Part shown: in pieces, positions 1 through 11,758 of the stretch
How positions within the stretch are numbered: the first letter of the stretch is position 1
Layout of the letters: the number at the start of each line of letters is the position of its first letter
DNA from: an uncultured delta proteobacterium
GTDB lineage: Bacteria; Desulfobacterota; RBG-13-43-22
Length of the DNA: 41,561 nucleotides
Assembly: GCA_963790475.1 (NCBI GenBank)
Contig: CAWBOS010000004.1
Location: 1-41,561, forward strand
Direction: 5' to 3'
Notes under the pieces: generated by a model
The model's input: the letters and a program-made list of their open reading frames with translations, nothing else
The model's database searches: none
Told to the model about the DNA's origin: nothing
Program-made: the position numbers and the translations under genes

Positions 1-393
1 TGATTATTTTACTTTTATTTTCCACCTTCTAATTACCATAAAGACAACAAATTTGATACTCCTTTTTTGACTACCATTAGAACTCTTGTCTTTTCTCGAA
101 AGAGGAGGGTTGATAATTTCCGGGCTGCGTCCGGTCGACTTTTGTTTCCATGGCGGTGCCAGAGATAAGAACGAAATCGTCAGGGTCAGGCCTATGCGCT
201 GGACTACTGGACAACCACAAAAGGGGGGCACTATTGAGAGTAGGGGGCTGGGGATGGAGTTCGGCAGCCTGATTCTGCGTGTATCGCTGTAGAGGGGAAT
301 GACTTCCGGATGACCGTCGATTTCCAAGGTCACCTGATCCCGAACAGGTACCAGGAGACCGTAAACCGGCTTTATTCTCCCCAACCAGCCCAA

Positions 394-432
394 AATAAAA
401 ACGGGCAAGTCCTTGAAAACTTACCCGTTATT
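394..432 (-). terminator. Probable intrinsic terminator after tRNA-Leu
   Basis: Minus strand reads AACGGGTAAGT-TTTCAAGG-ACTTGCCCGTT-TTTATTTT directly after the tRNA CCA end. Confidence 0.6.
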
Positions 433-439
433 TTGTCTT

Positions 440-525
440 TGGTGCCGAAGGCGGGACTCGAACCCGCATGGAGTTACCCGCCACCCCCTCAAGATGGTGT
501 GTCTACCAGATTCCACCACTTCGGC
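440..525 (-). tRNA. tRNA-Leu (anticodon GAG)
   Basis: Reverse complement GCCGAAG-TGGTGGAATCTGGTAGACACA-CCATC-TTGAGGG-GGTGG-long variable arm-GCGGGTTCGAGTCCCGC-CTTCGGC-ACCA; encoded CCA; usual position downstream of secG. Confidence 0.96.
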
Positions 526-564
526 ACAGGAAATTCCCCTATTTGGTGATGGGTTTGTCCGGAC

Positions 565-912
565 TCAGTGGGAACAGCCGGAGCCGCCGGGGTCGGAGTT
601 AGCGGAGATCCTGTTGGGGTTTGAGTCGGTGTTGTTTGCTTTTGGGTTGCCGCGGAAGGGGTTCCAACCACCGAGGAACTGGACCCCGGGTCCGTACATA
701 AAAGCCAGGAGCAGAGAGGTGACCATAAAAACCGCAGCGGCGATGGTAGTCAGCTTGGTCAGAAACGTTGCCGCCCCACCGCTGCCGAAAACCGTCTGGC
801 TCGATCCCCCAAAGGCCGCTCCCATACTGGCCCCTTTTCCGGTTTGCAGTAAAACAATCATGATCAGGGCCAAACAAACCACTACATGAATAATTGTTGT
901 CAGAGTTGCCAT
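565..912 (-). CDS. secG: Preprotein translocase subunit SecG (C-terminal tail probably frameshifted near 687-690)
   Basis: VLLQTGKGASMGAAFGGSSQTVFGSGGAATFLTKLT signature; tpiA-secG-tRNA-Leu synteny. An alternative frame after the GGGG run gives SSSVV plus a Pro/Thr-rich tail. Confidence 0.93.
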   Translation of the reverse strand: MATLTTIIHVVVCLALIMIVLLQTGKGASMGAAFGGSSQTVFGSGGAATFLTKLTTIAAAVFMVTSLLLAFMYGPGVQFLGGWNPFRGNPKANNTDSNPNRISANSDPGGSGCSH

Positions 913-918
913 AACGAC

Positions 919-1691
<773 letters not shown>

Positions 1692-1747
1692 TCGCTTTCC
1701 TCCTTTTTTAACGGTCTATTGAGATTCTTGCCAATCTCCCGGCTTCC

Positions 1748-1823
1748 GTCTCCCCGGCGAAAGCCGGGGTCCAGACATCGTCCCGGTAACGAAATTCTAC
1801 GGATCCGGTTTCACCGGAATGAC
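1748..1823. repeat. Palindromic repeat family A (GTC.CCCCGGC-GAAA-GCCGGGG...CCGGAATGAC)
   Basis: Shares hairpins with the copies at 9828, 17608 and 36137. Confidence 0.75.
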
Positions 1824-1853
1824 ATCCTGAGATTTTTGCATCAGACAATATTC

Positions 1854-3060
1854 TCAGCTTTTATTGCTTTTCTCATCGAAAATATTTTCCAAGGCCAGTA
1901 TGCCGGGCAACTGTTTTCCCTCCAACAGTTCCAAAAAGGCCCCGCCGCCGGTGGAAATATAGGATATCTTGGAAGATTCACCGGCCTTATGGACAGCCAC
2001 ATCGGTGTCCCCGCCGCCGACAATGGTCAGGGCTTTGGAATTAGCCACGGTATGAACCATAGCCATGGTACCTTGTGAAAAGGGCTCCATCTCAAAGGCC
2101 CCCATGGGTCCGTTCCAGATAATCGTCTTGGCATTTTGCAGGACCTCGGAATAGAGCAGAGAGGTGGCCGGTCCGATATCCAGGATCATCCAATCTTCGG
2201 GGACTTCCTGAACGGTTGTGATCTTGGTTTCGGCCTGGGCATCAAAGATATTGCCGACCACACAATCAACGGGAAGATATAATTTAACCCCCAGGTCTTT
2301 GGCCTTTTTCATCAAGTCAGGGGCCATGTCGACCAGGTCTTCCTCCACCAGGGATTTGCCGACCTCATTATTGAACGCTTTTTAAAAAAGTATTGGCCAT
2401 GGCCCCGCCGATAACCATTTTATCGACATGGGTTAACAGGTTTTCCAGTGCCCCCAGTTTACTGCTGACCTTGGAACCGCCGATAACGGCCACCAGGGGA
2501 CGGGCCGGATTTTCCATGGACTGATGAAAAAATTTCAGTTCGTCTTTCATCAGGAATCCGGCGGCAGAGACCTGGGCATATTTGGCCACGGCCACGACCG
2601 AGGCATGGGCCCGATGGGCCACGGCAAAGGCATCATCAATGTAAATATCACACAATTCCGCCAGGGCCCGGCCGAAGGCTTCATCATTTTTTTCTTCTTC
2701 GGGATGGAAACGAAGATTTTCCAATAGGATTATTTCGCCCGACTGCATGCCCTCGATCATGGTTTTGACCTGCAGTCCCACGCAATCCGGGGCCAACTTA
2801 ACCTCCTTCTGGATCAAACGGCTTAAACGCCGGGCCACCGGGGCCAGGCTGAATTCATCAACTACTTTCCCTTTAGGGCGGCCCAGATGGGAGCAGAGGA
2901 TCACCTTGGCGTTTTCATCCAGGGCATAATTGATGGTCGGTAATACCCCCCGGATACGGTTGTCGTCGGTGATATTCAGATTTTTATCCAGGGGCACATT
3001 GAAGTCGACCCGGATCAGGAGCCTTTTATTTTTTATGTCGAGTTCGTTTAAATAGCGCAT
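1854..3060 (-). CDS. pgk: Phosphoglycerate kinase, split by a +1 indel in an A-run near 2380
   Basis: [28 protein letters not shown] and [10 protein letters not shown] motifs; removing one A restores [18 protein letters not shown] across the break. Confidence 0.95.
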
Positions 3061-3106
3061 GGGTCCCTCCTTAATAAAAGAGGTTAAAATTGGTTAACTA
3101 TAACTT

Positions 3107-3135
3107 ATGATAACAAAATGACCGAATAAAGTCAA
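3107..3135 (-). promoter_or_regulatory. Putative sigma70 promoter of the pgk-tpiA-secG operon
   Basis: Minus strand TTGACT-17 bp-TATCAT. Confidence 0.55.
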
Positions 3136-3240
3136 ATCCAAAAGAAAAATTATCATCATTAAATGAAAAAAAAATAGTTCAAAGAAATCGTTGTTTGCTG
3201 ACTTGTAAGGTTGGTTTTGGGGGAAGAAATGATGATCAAT

Positions 3241-3277
3241 AAAAAAATAGGGAACGGGGCTTATCCCCGTTCCCTAT
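3241..3277 (-). terminator. Intrinsic terminator of hppA
   Basis: ATAGGGAACGGGG-loop-CCCCGTTCCCTAT stem followed by a T-run on the minus strand. Confidence 0.8.
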
Positions 3278-3310
3278 CGCTTTAGGATCAAATGCGATTA
3301 TTTTTGAAAA

Positions 3311-5411
3311 TTATTTCCACAAGGAAATAACGATCGGAACAATCAACAAGGCCACGATGTTGATGACCTTGATCATGGGGTTGATGGCCGGACCGGCGGT
3401 ATCCTTGTAAGGATCGCCGACCGTATCGCCCGTGACCGAAGCCTTGTGACCATCGCTTCCTTTCTTATGGACTACGCCTTTGTCGTCGGTGACGCCGTCT
3501 TCAAAGGATTTCTTGGCATTGTCCCAGGCGCCGCCGCCGGAGGTCATGGCAATGGCCTGGAAAAGGCCGGTCAGGATGCATCCGATCAGAAGACCACCGA
3601 GCGCCTTCGGCCCCAGGCAAAAGCCGACAATGATCGGGGCTACGACCGGGATCAAGGCCGGAATCATCATCTCCTTGATGGCCGATTTGGTGACGATATC
3701 CACGCACTTGCCGTACTCCGGTTTGCCGGTCCCTTCCATGATGCCTTTGATCTCCCGAAACTGCCGACGGACCTCTTCGACAACGCCACCGGCTGCTCTA
3801 CCGACGGCCAGCATCAATCTGCCGCCGTAGTAGTAGGGGATCAGCCCGCCGATAAACAAGACCGGCAATGACTAAGGGATCGGAGAGATCGAAGGTGATG
3901 CCGCTTATCCCCTTGGCCAGTTCCCGCGCATATTCGGCAAACAGCACCAGGGCTGCCAGACCGGCGGAACCGATGGCATATCCTTTGGTGACCGCCTTGG
4001 TGGTATTGCCGACCGCGTCAAGCGGATCGGTAATGGCCCGTACTTCCGGAGGAAGCTCGGCCATCTCGGCGATACCGCCGGCGTTGTCCGTGATCGGCCC
4101 GTAGGAGTCGATGGCCACCACGATACCGGTCATGGAGAGCATGGAGACCGCGGAAAGGGCGATGGCAAACAGACCGCTGCTCACCCCATTGGCTTCACCG
4201 CTGAATCCGCCGCCGAGGCCGAAAGAACCGAGAATGGCGGCAACGATAACGAGGGCCGGAAGGGCCGTGGCTTCCATACTCATGGCCAGGCCGGCGATCA
4301 CGTTCGTGCCGTGGCCGGTGAGGCTGGCCTTGGCAATGGTCTTCACCGGTCGGAACTTGATTGGCCGTATAATACTCGGTGATCCAGACAATCAGACCGG
4401 TCAGGATCAAACCGATACAGGCCGTGCCGAAGATGCTCATGGGGGTGAAGCCGCCGGTATTTTCGGCAGGCAGACCGCTCATGAACCAGGAGGTTACGAA
4501 ATAAAAGGCGATGGCCGCCAGGATCCCGGCGACTGCCAGGCCCTTATACAGCGCGCCCATGATGTACTGTTTGGCTCCGAGTTTTACAAAGTAAGTACCA
4601 ATGATGGAGGCGATAATCGAAACACCGCCCAAAAGGAGCGGGAATTCGACCCAGGGACTGTCGGCCCCAAAAACCGACTTGGCCAGCAGCATGGCGGCCA
4701 CCAGGGTTACCGTATAGGTTTCATAAAGGTCGGCGGCCATGCCGGCGCAGTCGCCCACATTGTCGCCCACGTTGTCGGCGATAACCGCCGGGTTCCTCGG
4801 GTCGTCTTCCGGAATGCCGGCCTCAACCTTACCAACCAGGTCGGCGCCGACGTCAGCCGCTTTGGTATAAATACCGCCGGCGATACGGGCAAAGACGCTC
4901 ATCAGGGAACAGCCGAAGCCCAGACCGATCAGGGCATGGAAAGCCGCTTCTCCGGCATATGCCCTGGCAATCGAGAAATATCCGGCCAGGCCGATGATGC
5001 CCAGACCGACCACCATGATGCCGGTGACCGAACCGCCCTTAAATGAAAGGGTCAGCGCGGCCTGGATCCCCTTTTTTGCCGCCTGCGTGGTCCGGACATT
5101 AGCCCGTACCGTAACCCACATGCCGACAAAGCCGGCAAAGGCCGAGCCTACGGTCCCGATCAGGAAGCCTAAGGCCGTCCATAAGCCCGAGGGCTGGGAC
5201 CACGGCAATGATGATCAGCAAAATCACGGCCACCATGGCCACGGTCTTATACTCCCGGGTCAGAAAGGCGTAAGCCCCTTCCTTGACCGCATTCGAAATC
5301 TGCTGCATCCGGTCGGTCCCGGCGTCCTGTTTGGACACCCAGGCCGCAGTCACCAGGGCATACAACACGCCCAGAAGCGCCGCAGATAAGGGCAAATAAA
5401 ATAATGTTCAT
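3311..5411 (-). CDS. hppA: Membrane-bound H+-translocating pyrophosphatase, K+-independent type; several frameshifts
   Basis: [60 protein letters not shown] and [14 protein letters not shown] motifs across four ORFs; Lys in GNTTK marks the K+-independent subfamily. Confidence 0.93.
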
Positions 5412-5589
5412 GAACTCTCTCCTCCTTCTTTAGATTATTAAAATTTTTAGTAGAAAATAAATCAAAGGGTTACAAAAAATTTCTAAAATCGACCAGGAAA
5501 GTTATCCCACCTCCTTTTTTAAAAAACATGAATGATCTTGTGATTAAACTTAAGATATTACTTGTGAATTTCATTACAGAGTCCTCCCG

Positions 5590-5618
5590 CTTCTATCATA
5601 CCCCTATGGGGATGTCAA
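5590..5618 (-). promoter_or_regulatory. Putative promoter of hppA
   Basis: Minus strand TTGACA-17 bp-TAGAAG with a TG extension. Confidence 0.4.
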
Positions 5619-5819
5619 GATTTTTTCCGAGGATTTTTCCTCCTTTGCTTGACCTTCTCCTTTTTTCTTGACAGAATAGTTATCTTGGAAATAAGAGAGA
5701 TTATATAATTAAGGAAAAAACGTTTGGAGGCTGGAGTTCGGAGTCCGGCGAGAAGAATTTTACATCTCCTGGCCGGCTGAATTCAACCCGTTGGGTAATA
5801 AAATTTTCCGGAGGATTTT

Positions 5820-6056
5820 ATGGACAAAGAACAAGGGGAAATTAGCCGCATGCAGATCAATCCTACCGATTTTCTCCTTTTTTCAATCAAGGAATACAAA
5901 GGGAAACATTATATCGATCTGAGGAAATACGTTGTCTCGGACAGTTACACCGGATTTACTAAACAGGGAGTCCGGTTCGGCTCCGAGCTGTTCGGTGAGT
6001 TCGAAGAAAAAATAGGCTTATTGAAAGAAGCTTTAGCAAAAAGCGAATCAACATAG
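5820..6056 (+). CDS. PC4/YdbC-family ssDNA-binding protein
   Basis: EYKGKHYIDLRKY...TKQGV matches the PC4 fold consensus; GGAGG RBS. Confidence 0.8.
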   Translation: MDKEQGEISRMQINPTDFLLFSIKEYKGKHYIDLRKYVVSDSYTGFTKQGVRFGSELFGEFEEKIGLLKEALAKSEST

Positions 6057-6149
6057 ATCGCTTAAGGTTTCCTTTTTTTTGATCATTCCAATATTAGCCG
6101 GAATCCAGGTTCTTTTTGATTCCTGCGCCCCGGAAGGAGACGCATAAAA

Positions 6150-7452
6150 ATGTTTTGGGACGAAAAGTTTGAAACTATGCCTTTGGAAACCATGCAGGAT
6201 TTTCAACTGAAACACCTGCAACAAACCGTCGCCTGGGTGTACGAGAAAGTCCCTTATTATAAAAATAAATTAGATGATCTGGGGATTAAACCCCCGGACA
6301 TCAAGGAATTAAAGGATCTGGCCCAAGTTGCCCTTTTCCATTAAAACCGACCTGCGGGACTATTATCCCTTTGGTTTGTGTGCCGTCCCCCTGACCGATG
6401 TCGTCAGGATTCATGCCTCCTCGGGAACCACGGGCAAACCGATTACCGGTCCCTATACGGCGGCGGACTTGGACCAATGGGCCGAATGCATGGCCCGAAA
6501 TTTATACGCCGCCGGAGTCCGGTCCAGCGACATCCTCCAAAATGCTTATGGCATGGGACTGTTTACCGGTGGCTTGGGGTTTCACCAGGGGGGTGGTAAA
6601 GTGGGGGCCACCGTCATTCCCACTTCCTCCGGCCAGACCGAACGGCAGATAACCATCATGCAGGATTTTGGGACTACGGTCCTTTGTTGTACCCCTTCCT
6701 ATGCCCTGACCATCGCCGAAAAAGGCCATGAAATGGGGATCAATTTCAAAAACCTTCAGTTACGGATCGGGGTTTTCGGGGCCGAGCCCTGGACCTTGGA
6801 AATGCGTAAGGAAATCGAAGAGCGACTGGATATCAAAGCCTATGAGGCCTATGGATTGACCGAACTGATGGGCCCCGGGGTGGCCTTTGATTGCCGGGCC
6901 CAGGACGGCTATTTACATATTAATGAAGATCACATCCTGGCGGAAATCGTTGATCCCGTAACCGGGGAAGTCCTTCCTAACGGGACCAAGGGAGAACTGG
7001 TTTTTACGGCCATCCAACGCCGGGCCATGCCCTTACTGCGCTATCGAACCCGGGACATTACCTTGCTGAAAAGGGAAAGATGCGAATGCGGCCGGACCTT
7101 GATCAAGATGGAGAAGGTCTATGGGCGAAGTGACGATATGCTGATTATCAGCGGAGTTAATGTCTTCCCCTCCCAGATTGAAAGCCTTCTTCTGGATCAA
7201 AAAGGGATTGAACCTCAATACGTGATCATAGTCCGGAAAAAGGGTTATTTGGACACCCTGGAAGTGAATGTGGAAGCCAAACCGGATATCTATCAGGCCG
7301 GAGCGGAAAAAATTAAAGAGGTGGAAAAAAATATTGAGACCCACATGAAAGGGTTGATCGGTATCAGCATCAAAATCCGATTGGTTTCTCCGGGGACCAT
7401 CACCCGGAGTGAAGGCAAAGCCCAAAGGGTGATAGATGAGAGGAAGATGTAA
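6150..7452 (+). CDS. paaK: Phenylacetate-CoA ligase family protein (+1 indel near 6322)
   Basis: HASSGTTGKP, AYGLTE, RYRTRD and GRSDDMLIISGVNVFPSQIE; the N-terminal ORF 6150..6344 joins after removing one C. Confidence 0.88.
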
Positions 7453-7541
7453 AAACGTTAGGCGTTAGGCGAAATCAATTCTAAAATCCATTTACATAGA
7501 AACCGTTCTCGCCAAACGTTAATCTATAACAGGAGTTATTG

Positions 7542-8708
7542 ATGAAAATTCATGAATACCAGGCCAAAACAATTTTTTCCCGATATGGAATCCCCGTTCC
7601 CAAAGGGAATGTAGCCATTTCAGTGGAAGGAGCAGCTCAGGTATCCCGGGAGATCGGCCCTCCTCCGTATATCATTAAAGCCCAGATCCATGCCGGCGGC
7701 CGGGGCAAAGGAGGCGGGGTTAAAAAGGCCCAGGGGATCAATGAAGTGGAGAAAGTATCTAAAGCAATCCTGGGAATGACCCTGGTAACCCACCAAACCG
7801 GATCGGAAGGGAAAAAGGTCAGTAAGGTATTGGTTGAAGAAGGGCTGGAGATCGAGAAGGAGTTTTATGTCGGGATCATCATGGACCGGGCAAAGGCCTG
7901 TCCGGTGATTATGGTCAGCCCGGCCGGCGGAATGGATATCGAGGAAGTGGCCGAAAAAACCCCCCACCTGATCAAAAGAGAATGGATAGACCCGGCTATC
8001 GGTTTTCGACCCTTTCAAGCTCGTAACCTCATTTATAGTCTGCCCCTTTCCGCCCCCTTGATTAAATCCGGCTTAACAATTTTGAATCAATCGGTCAAGC
8101 TTTTTGAAGACTACGATTGTTCCCTTCTGGAAATCAATCCCCTGGTGGCCACCAAAGACGGCCGTCTCATCGCCTTGGATGCCAAAATTACCTTTGATGA
8201 TAATGCGCTTTTCCGGCACAAAGATCTGCACGAACTCCTCGATCCTGCGGAACAGGACCCTTTGGAACTGGAAGCCAGCCGCCATAACCTGAATTATATC
8301 CGCCTAAACGGAAATATCGGGGTTATGGTCAATGGGGCCGGCCTGGCCATGGCTACCATGGATATCATTAAATTATACGGGGCGGAACCGGCTAATTTCC
8401 TGGATGTCGGCGGCGGGGCCAATGCCGAGACGATCGCCAAAGGGTCGGAGATCATCTTATCCGATGAACGGGTTCAGGCCATTCTGGTCAATATCTTCGG
8501 GGGGATTTTGCGCTGTGATGTCCTGGCGGAAGGTCTCATTGAAGCCGCCCGAAAGATGAAAATTAAAGTGCCTTTGATTATTCGGTTGGAGGGCACTAAC
8601 ATGGAAAAAGGGAAGGAAATGTTGAATCAATCAGGCCTTAATTTTTCAGTAGCCCAGACTATGGGCGAAGCGGCCCGAAAGATCAGCCAGTTGGTAAGCA
8701 GAAGATAG
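7542..8708 (+). CDS. sucC: Succinyl-CoA synthetase beta subunit
   Basis: MKIHEYQAK, KAQIHAGGRGKGGGV, NGAGLAMATMD, PANFLDVGGGA, NIFGGI. Confidence 0.96.
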   Translation: MKIHEYQAKTIFSRYGIPVPKGNVAISVEGAAQVSREIGPPPYIIKAQIHAGGRGKGGGVKKAQGINEVEKVSKAILGMTLVTHQTGSEGKKVSKVLVEEGLEIEKEFYVGIIMDRAKACPVIMVSPAGGMDIEEVAEKTPHLIKREWIDPAIGFRPFQARNLIYSLPLSAPLIKSGLTILNQSVKLFEDYDCSLLEINPLVATKDGRLIALDAKITFDDNALFRHKDLHELLDPAEQDPLELEASRHNLNYIRLNGNIGVMVNGAGLAMATMDIIKLYGAEPANFLDVGGGANAETIAKGSEIILSDERVQAILVNIFGGILRCDVLAEGLIEAARKMKIKVPLIIRLEGTNMEKGKEMLNQSGLNFSVAQTMGEAARKISQLVSRR

Positions 8709-8790
8709 CTCATTGCGGATAGCTCGGAGGGAAAACATAATTTAACCTTCCGTCTTTTACTATGTGCTATCAGCTATGAGCTATGAGCTA
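8706..8790. repeat. Inverted pair of heptamer arrays (TAGCTCA / TGAGCTA)
   Basis: tagctca..tagctcg facing gctatcagctatgagctatgagcta. Confidence 0.65.
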
Positions 8791-8843
8791 AAAGGAATAA
8801 AATAAAAACCGTCAAAATAGATGAAGAAAAGAGAGAAGGATTT

Positions 8844-9716
8844 ATGAGCATATTAGTAGGCCAGGACAGCCGGGTTCTGGTTCACGGAATCACCGGGAGG
8901 GAAGGTAGTTTTCATACCCAGCAGATGCTCAGCTATGGAACCAGGGTGGTGGCCGGAATGACCCCCGGAAAGTCAGGGCAAAGCGTAGAAGGAGTACCGG
9001 TTTATGATACGGTTCAGGATGCCGTGCGGGAACAGGGGGCCAATTGTTCGGTCATCTTCGTACCCCCGGCGGCAGCCGCCGATTCCATCCTGGAGGCCGC
9101 CGCCGCCGGGATCGGGGTTATTGTCTGTATCACTGAAGGTATTCCCACGCTGGATATGGTCCGGGTCAAACACTATTTACAAGATAAACCCTCCGTCCTG
9201 ATCGGTCCCAACTGCCCCGGTATCATCACCCCTGGGGTCTGCAAATTGGGCATTATGCCGGGCTATATATTCCGGCCGGGACCGGTGGGCGTTATTTCCC
9301 GCAGCGGGACCTTGACCTATGAAGTGGTGGATCAGATCAGCAAACTAGGAATGGGCCAGTCCACTTGCATCGGTATCGGTGGAGATCCGATCATAGGACT
9401 TTCTTTTATTGACCTCTTAACCTATTTTGCCCAGGATGGACAAACCCGGGGCGTGGTCCTGATCGGTGAAATCGGCGGGACGGCGGAAGAAGAGACCGCC
9501 CGTTTTATTCAGGACCATTTTCCTAAACCGGTGATCACTTTCATTGCCGGTCAGACCGCCCCCCCGGGACGCCGAATGGGCCATGCCGGGGCCATCATTT
9601 CCGGAAAATCAGGAACGGCCCAGGAAAAAATGGCCGTCCTTCAAGCCGCCGGCATCCGGGTCGTTATGGATTTGACCAAGGTGGGGGAAGTGGTTAAAGA
9701 AGTGATGAAAGGGTAG
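8844..9716 (+). CDS. sucD: Succinyl-CoA synthetase alpha subunit
   Basis: [28 protein letters not shown] and RMGHAGA (phospho-His). Confidence 0.96.
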   Translation: MSILVGQDSRVLVHGITGREGSFHTQQMLSYGTRVVAGMTPGKSGQSVEGVPVYDTVQDAVREQGANCSVIFVPPAAAADSILEAAAAGIGVIVCITEGIPTLDMVRVKHYLQDKPSVLIGPNCPGIITPGVCKLGIMPGYIFRPGPVGVISRSGTLTYEVVDQISKLGMGQSTCIGIGGDPIIGLSFIDLLTYFAQDGQTRGVVLIGEIGGTAEEETARFIQDHFPKPVITFIAGQTAPPGRRMGHAGAIISGKSGTAQEKMAVLQAAGIRVVMDLTKVGEVVKEVMKG

Positions 9717-9723
9717 AAAGCTT

Positions 9724-9779
9724 GGGGTTGCGAGTTACGGGTTGCGGGTTATGAAACTCGAAAACCCGGGACTTGTAAC
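9724..9779. repeat. Heptamer array TGCGGGT/TACGAGT-type with a degenerate inverted partner
   Basis: ggggttgcgagttacgggttgcgggtt ... aactcgaaaacccgggacttgtaac; the same unit occurs at 36119-36295. Confidence 0.65.
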
Positions 9780-9827
9780 GTTAGTCCGAAAATAACCCTG
9801 GATTAATCTCCGGGCTTGTTCTTTCTC

Positions 9828-9929
9828 CGTCATGCCGGACTCGATCCGGCATCCAGAGGTTTGCGTGGTTTCTTCAGCCTGGATTCCGGCTGGAGTCTAT
9901 CCCGCACCTAACGCGGGACCGGAATGACG
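9828..9929. repeat. Palindromic repeat family A
   Basis: CGTCATGCCGG...CTGGATTCCGGCTGGAGTCTATCCCGCAC...GCGGGACCGGAATGACG; the 3' half is almost identical to 36202-36251 and to the reverse complement of 17639-17688. Confidence 0.85.
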
Positions 9930-10045
9930 ACTTAACTCACTGGTTATAAAAAATTTTCATGCTTCGTGGGGCCACGCCCCTGGCGGGGGCATGACGCTTT
10001 GATGTAAAGGGAAATGCCTGCCTTTTATATACACAAGATGTAAGG

Positions 10046-10183
10046 GAGATTTGAAAAATGTTCAATTTTGTTCAAGATCAAGGAAGACGAAAATTTTAAC
10101 CAGAGGAATACTTTTAGTATTTTGAGGATTAAAATTTGAGTCTGACGCAGAGATTGGGCAAAAGGGGACATTTTTCAAATCTC
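10046..10183. mobile_element. MITE-like palindromic element, family B
   Basis: Perfect 16-bp terminal inverted repeat GAGATTTGAAAAATGT / ACATTTTTCAAATCTC; truncated second copy at 21612. Confidence 0.75.
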
Positions 10184-10196
10184 TCACTAAGGATTC

Positions 10197-10736
10197 ATGA
10201 AAATCCTCCTCCATATCTGCTGTGCCCCATGCACCATTTATCCTTTGCAAGCCCTGCGAAACCAGGGTTTTCAGATTACCGGCTATTTCTATAATCCCAA
10301 TATCCACCCCTTCAGGGAATATCAGAAACGCAAGGACACGCTAAAGGAGTATGCCGGGATTTGTAAGCTGGATATTTTTTATGAGGAAAAATATGATCTG
10401 GAACTTTTTCTGGACCAAACCCGGCCCTGGGGTCCGGAGCGTTGTCGAACCTGTTACCAAATCCGTCTGGAGGCAACGGCCCGGCAGGCCAAGGGCCAAG
10501 GCTTCGATGCCTTCAGCACCACCCTCCTTTACAGCCGTTACCAAAAACATGACTGGATCAAAGAAGTGGGTACAGAGATCGGGGAGCGTTTTGAACTCCC
10601 TTTCCTTTATCAGGATTTCCGGCCGGGTTGGGCGGAAGGAGTTCAAAAATCAAAGGAACTCGGTCTGTACCGCCAGCCCTATTGCGGCTGCATCTTCAGC
10701 GAAAAAGAACGTTTCGCAAAGAAAGAGAAAAAATAA
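10197..10736 (+). CDS. queH: Epoxyqueuosine reductase QueH
   Basis: LLHICCAPC, FYNPNIHP, RCxxC, FSTTL, LYRQPYCGC. Confidence 0.93.
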   Translation: MKILLHICCAPCTIYPLQALRNQGFQITGYFYNPNIHPFREYQKRKDTLKEYAGICKLDIFYEEKYDLELFLDQTRPWGPERCRTCYQIRLEATARQAKGQGFDAFSTTLLYSRYQKHDWIKEVGTEIGERFELPFLYQDFRPGWAEGVQKSKELGLYRQPYCGCIFSEKERFAKKEKK

Positions 10737-10783
10737 GGGTGACAGGATTAAATCTTTTTATTTTTTGCTTAATTTAGATGGCT

Positions 10784-10848
10784 GTCCAACCAAGAAATCA
10801 GCGGGAGGCCCGCTATTGGGGCGACCCGCTGACATTGACGGGTTGCTT
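10784..10848 (-). other. Integron attC-like site (last in array)
   Basis: Minus: AAGCAAC-CCGTC-AATGTCAGCGGG...CCCGCTGATT-TCTTG-GTTGGAC, downstream of the nitroreductase gene. Confidence 0.6.
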
Positions 10849-10925
10849 CTTCTACCGCCTCTAGAGTTCATAATCCTGCAGCTTTTGGGGATTTCCACAA
10901 TCTGATGAGCATCCTTCTGTCCACT

Positions 10926-11564
10926 TCACAGCCAACTTACTGATTTTGCCAATGTAGGATATTCGACGGCAGAAGGTTGGTAGTTGTCTGACGGATATCC
11001 CAGCGCGCATCCATCAAGGGCATATTCCTCTGTGGGAATATTCAAGAGTCTGCAAAAATCCGGGTCACCATCCATTTGCGTCGTTGCACTAACAAGTTGA
11101 AGGCCAATACCGAGTGACGTTGCTTTCAGCCACATATTCTGCAGGCAGTAGCTAAGTGATTGTGCGGCAATTGGAGGCATTCCTTTTCTTTCTCCGACAA
11201 CAACAAAATACGGTGCATTACCGACACCGGATACGCCTTGTTGTCCGATTCGCTTCATATTCTGCACAAAAGGAACAGGTCCCACCTTCTTTTCAAGTTC
11301 ATCGGCAACCGTTGCCATCCGCTTCTTGAGAATATTCGCTACGGCTTCCATAGCTGATGACGAGCTTCGAATCACGAATACCTTTCTAAAGTCAGGTTTC
11401 CCCGCAACTGCAAGTGCTCCAAAAGGGGCTAACAGGCCCGCTTGGATTATTGCTTCAATAGCCTCTTTTCCTGGCGGGATAGGGCTAAATACTCTTACTG
11501 AGTGCCGTGCTCTTACAATGACATCGAGAGCTGCAGTATGTTCGGAGGTGATGTTTTCAAACAT
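10926..11564 (-). CDS. Nitroreductase family protein (cassette gene)
   Basis: RHSVRVF, AGLLAP, LQNMWLKATSLGIG and ALGYP motifs; AGGAG RBS. Confidence 0.88.
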   Translation of the reverse strand: MFENITSEHTAALDVIVRARHSVRVFSPIPPGKEAIEAIIQAGLLAPFGALAVAGKPDFRKVFVIRSSSSAMEAVANILKKRMATVADELEKKVGPVPFVQNMKRIGQQGVSGVGNAPYFVVVGERKGMPPIAAQSLSYCLQNMWLKATSLGIGLQLVSATTQMDGDPDFCRLLNIPTEEYALDGCALGYPSDNYQPSAVEYPTLAKSVSWL

Positions 11565-11598
11565 GTTGTTCTCCTTTCATGTGTCATCTCTTGGCTAC

Positions 11599-11687
11599 GC
11601 CCAATGCGGCGTTGACCCGTGGCACGCAGGTTGCGGGGCCGAAGGCTATGCAAACAAGTGACATTGGGTCCAATGGCCTGGTTGGTG
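11599..11687 (-). other. attC-like site, repeat copy 1 (non-canonical ATT core)
   Basis: Minus: CACCAAC-CAGGC-CATTGGACCC...GGGTCAACG-CCGC-ATTGGGC; near-identical to 14025..14113. Confidence 0.6.
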
Positions 11688-11758
11688 CCGCTGCGGCGGC
11701 GCCGACCGGGACATGGACCCCATAGGGGGCAAAGCCGCATTGCCGACGACGCAGTCGG

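Noticed and set aside
4-408. 134-aa ORF or prophage/island attachment downstream of tRNA-Leu
   Set aside because: No recognisable motif, the ORF starts inside the terminator, and no integrase or duplicated tRNA 3' end is in the window.
2365-2370. Stop-codon readthrough or alternative genetic code in pgk (TAA TGA)
   Set aside because: The downstream half is in a different frame; one extra A explains it, and other genes use standard stops.
3446-5389. Long plus-strand ORFs opposite hppA (e.g. 4111..5046)
   Set aside because: Antisense shadows of a GC-rich coding gene.
9953-10000. Short hairpin TTTTCATGCTTCGTGGGGCC...GGCATGA as another repeat or riboswitch
   Set aside because: Single copy in the window and no recognisable riboswitch consensus, including preQ1 despite the nearby queH.
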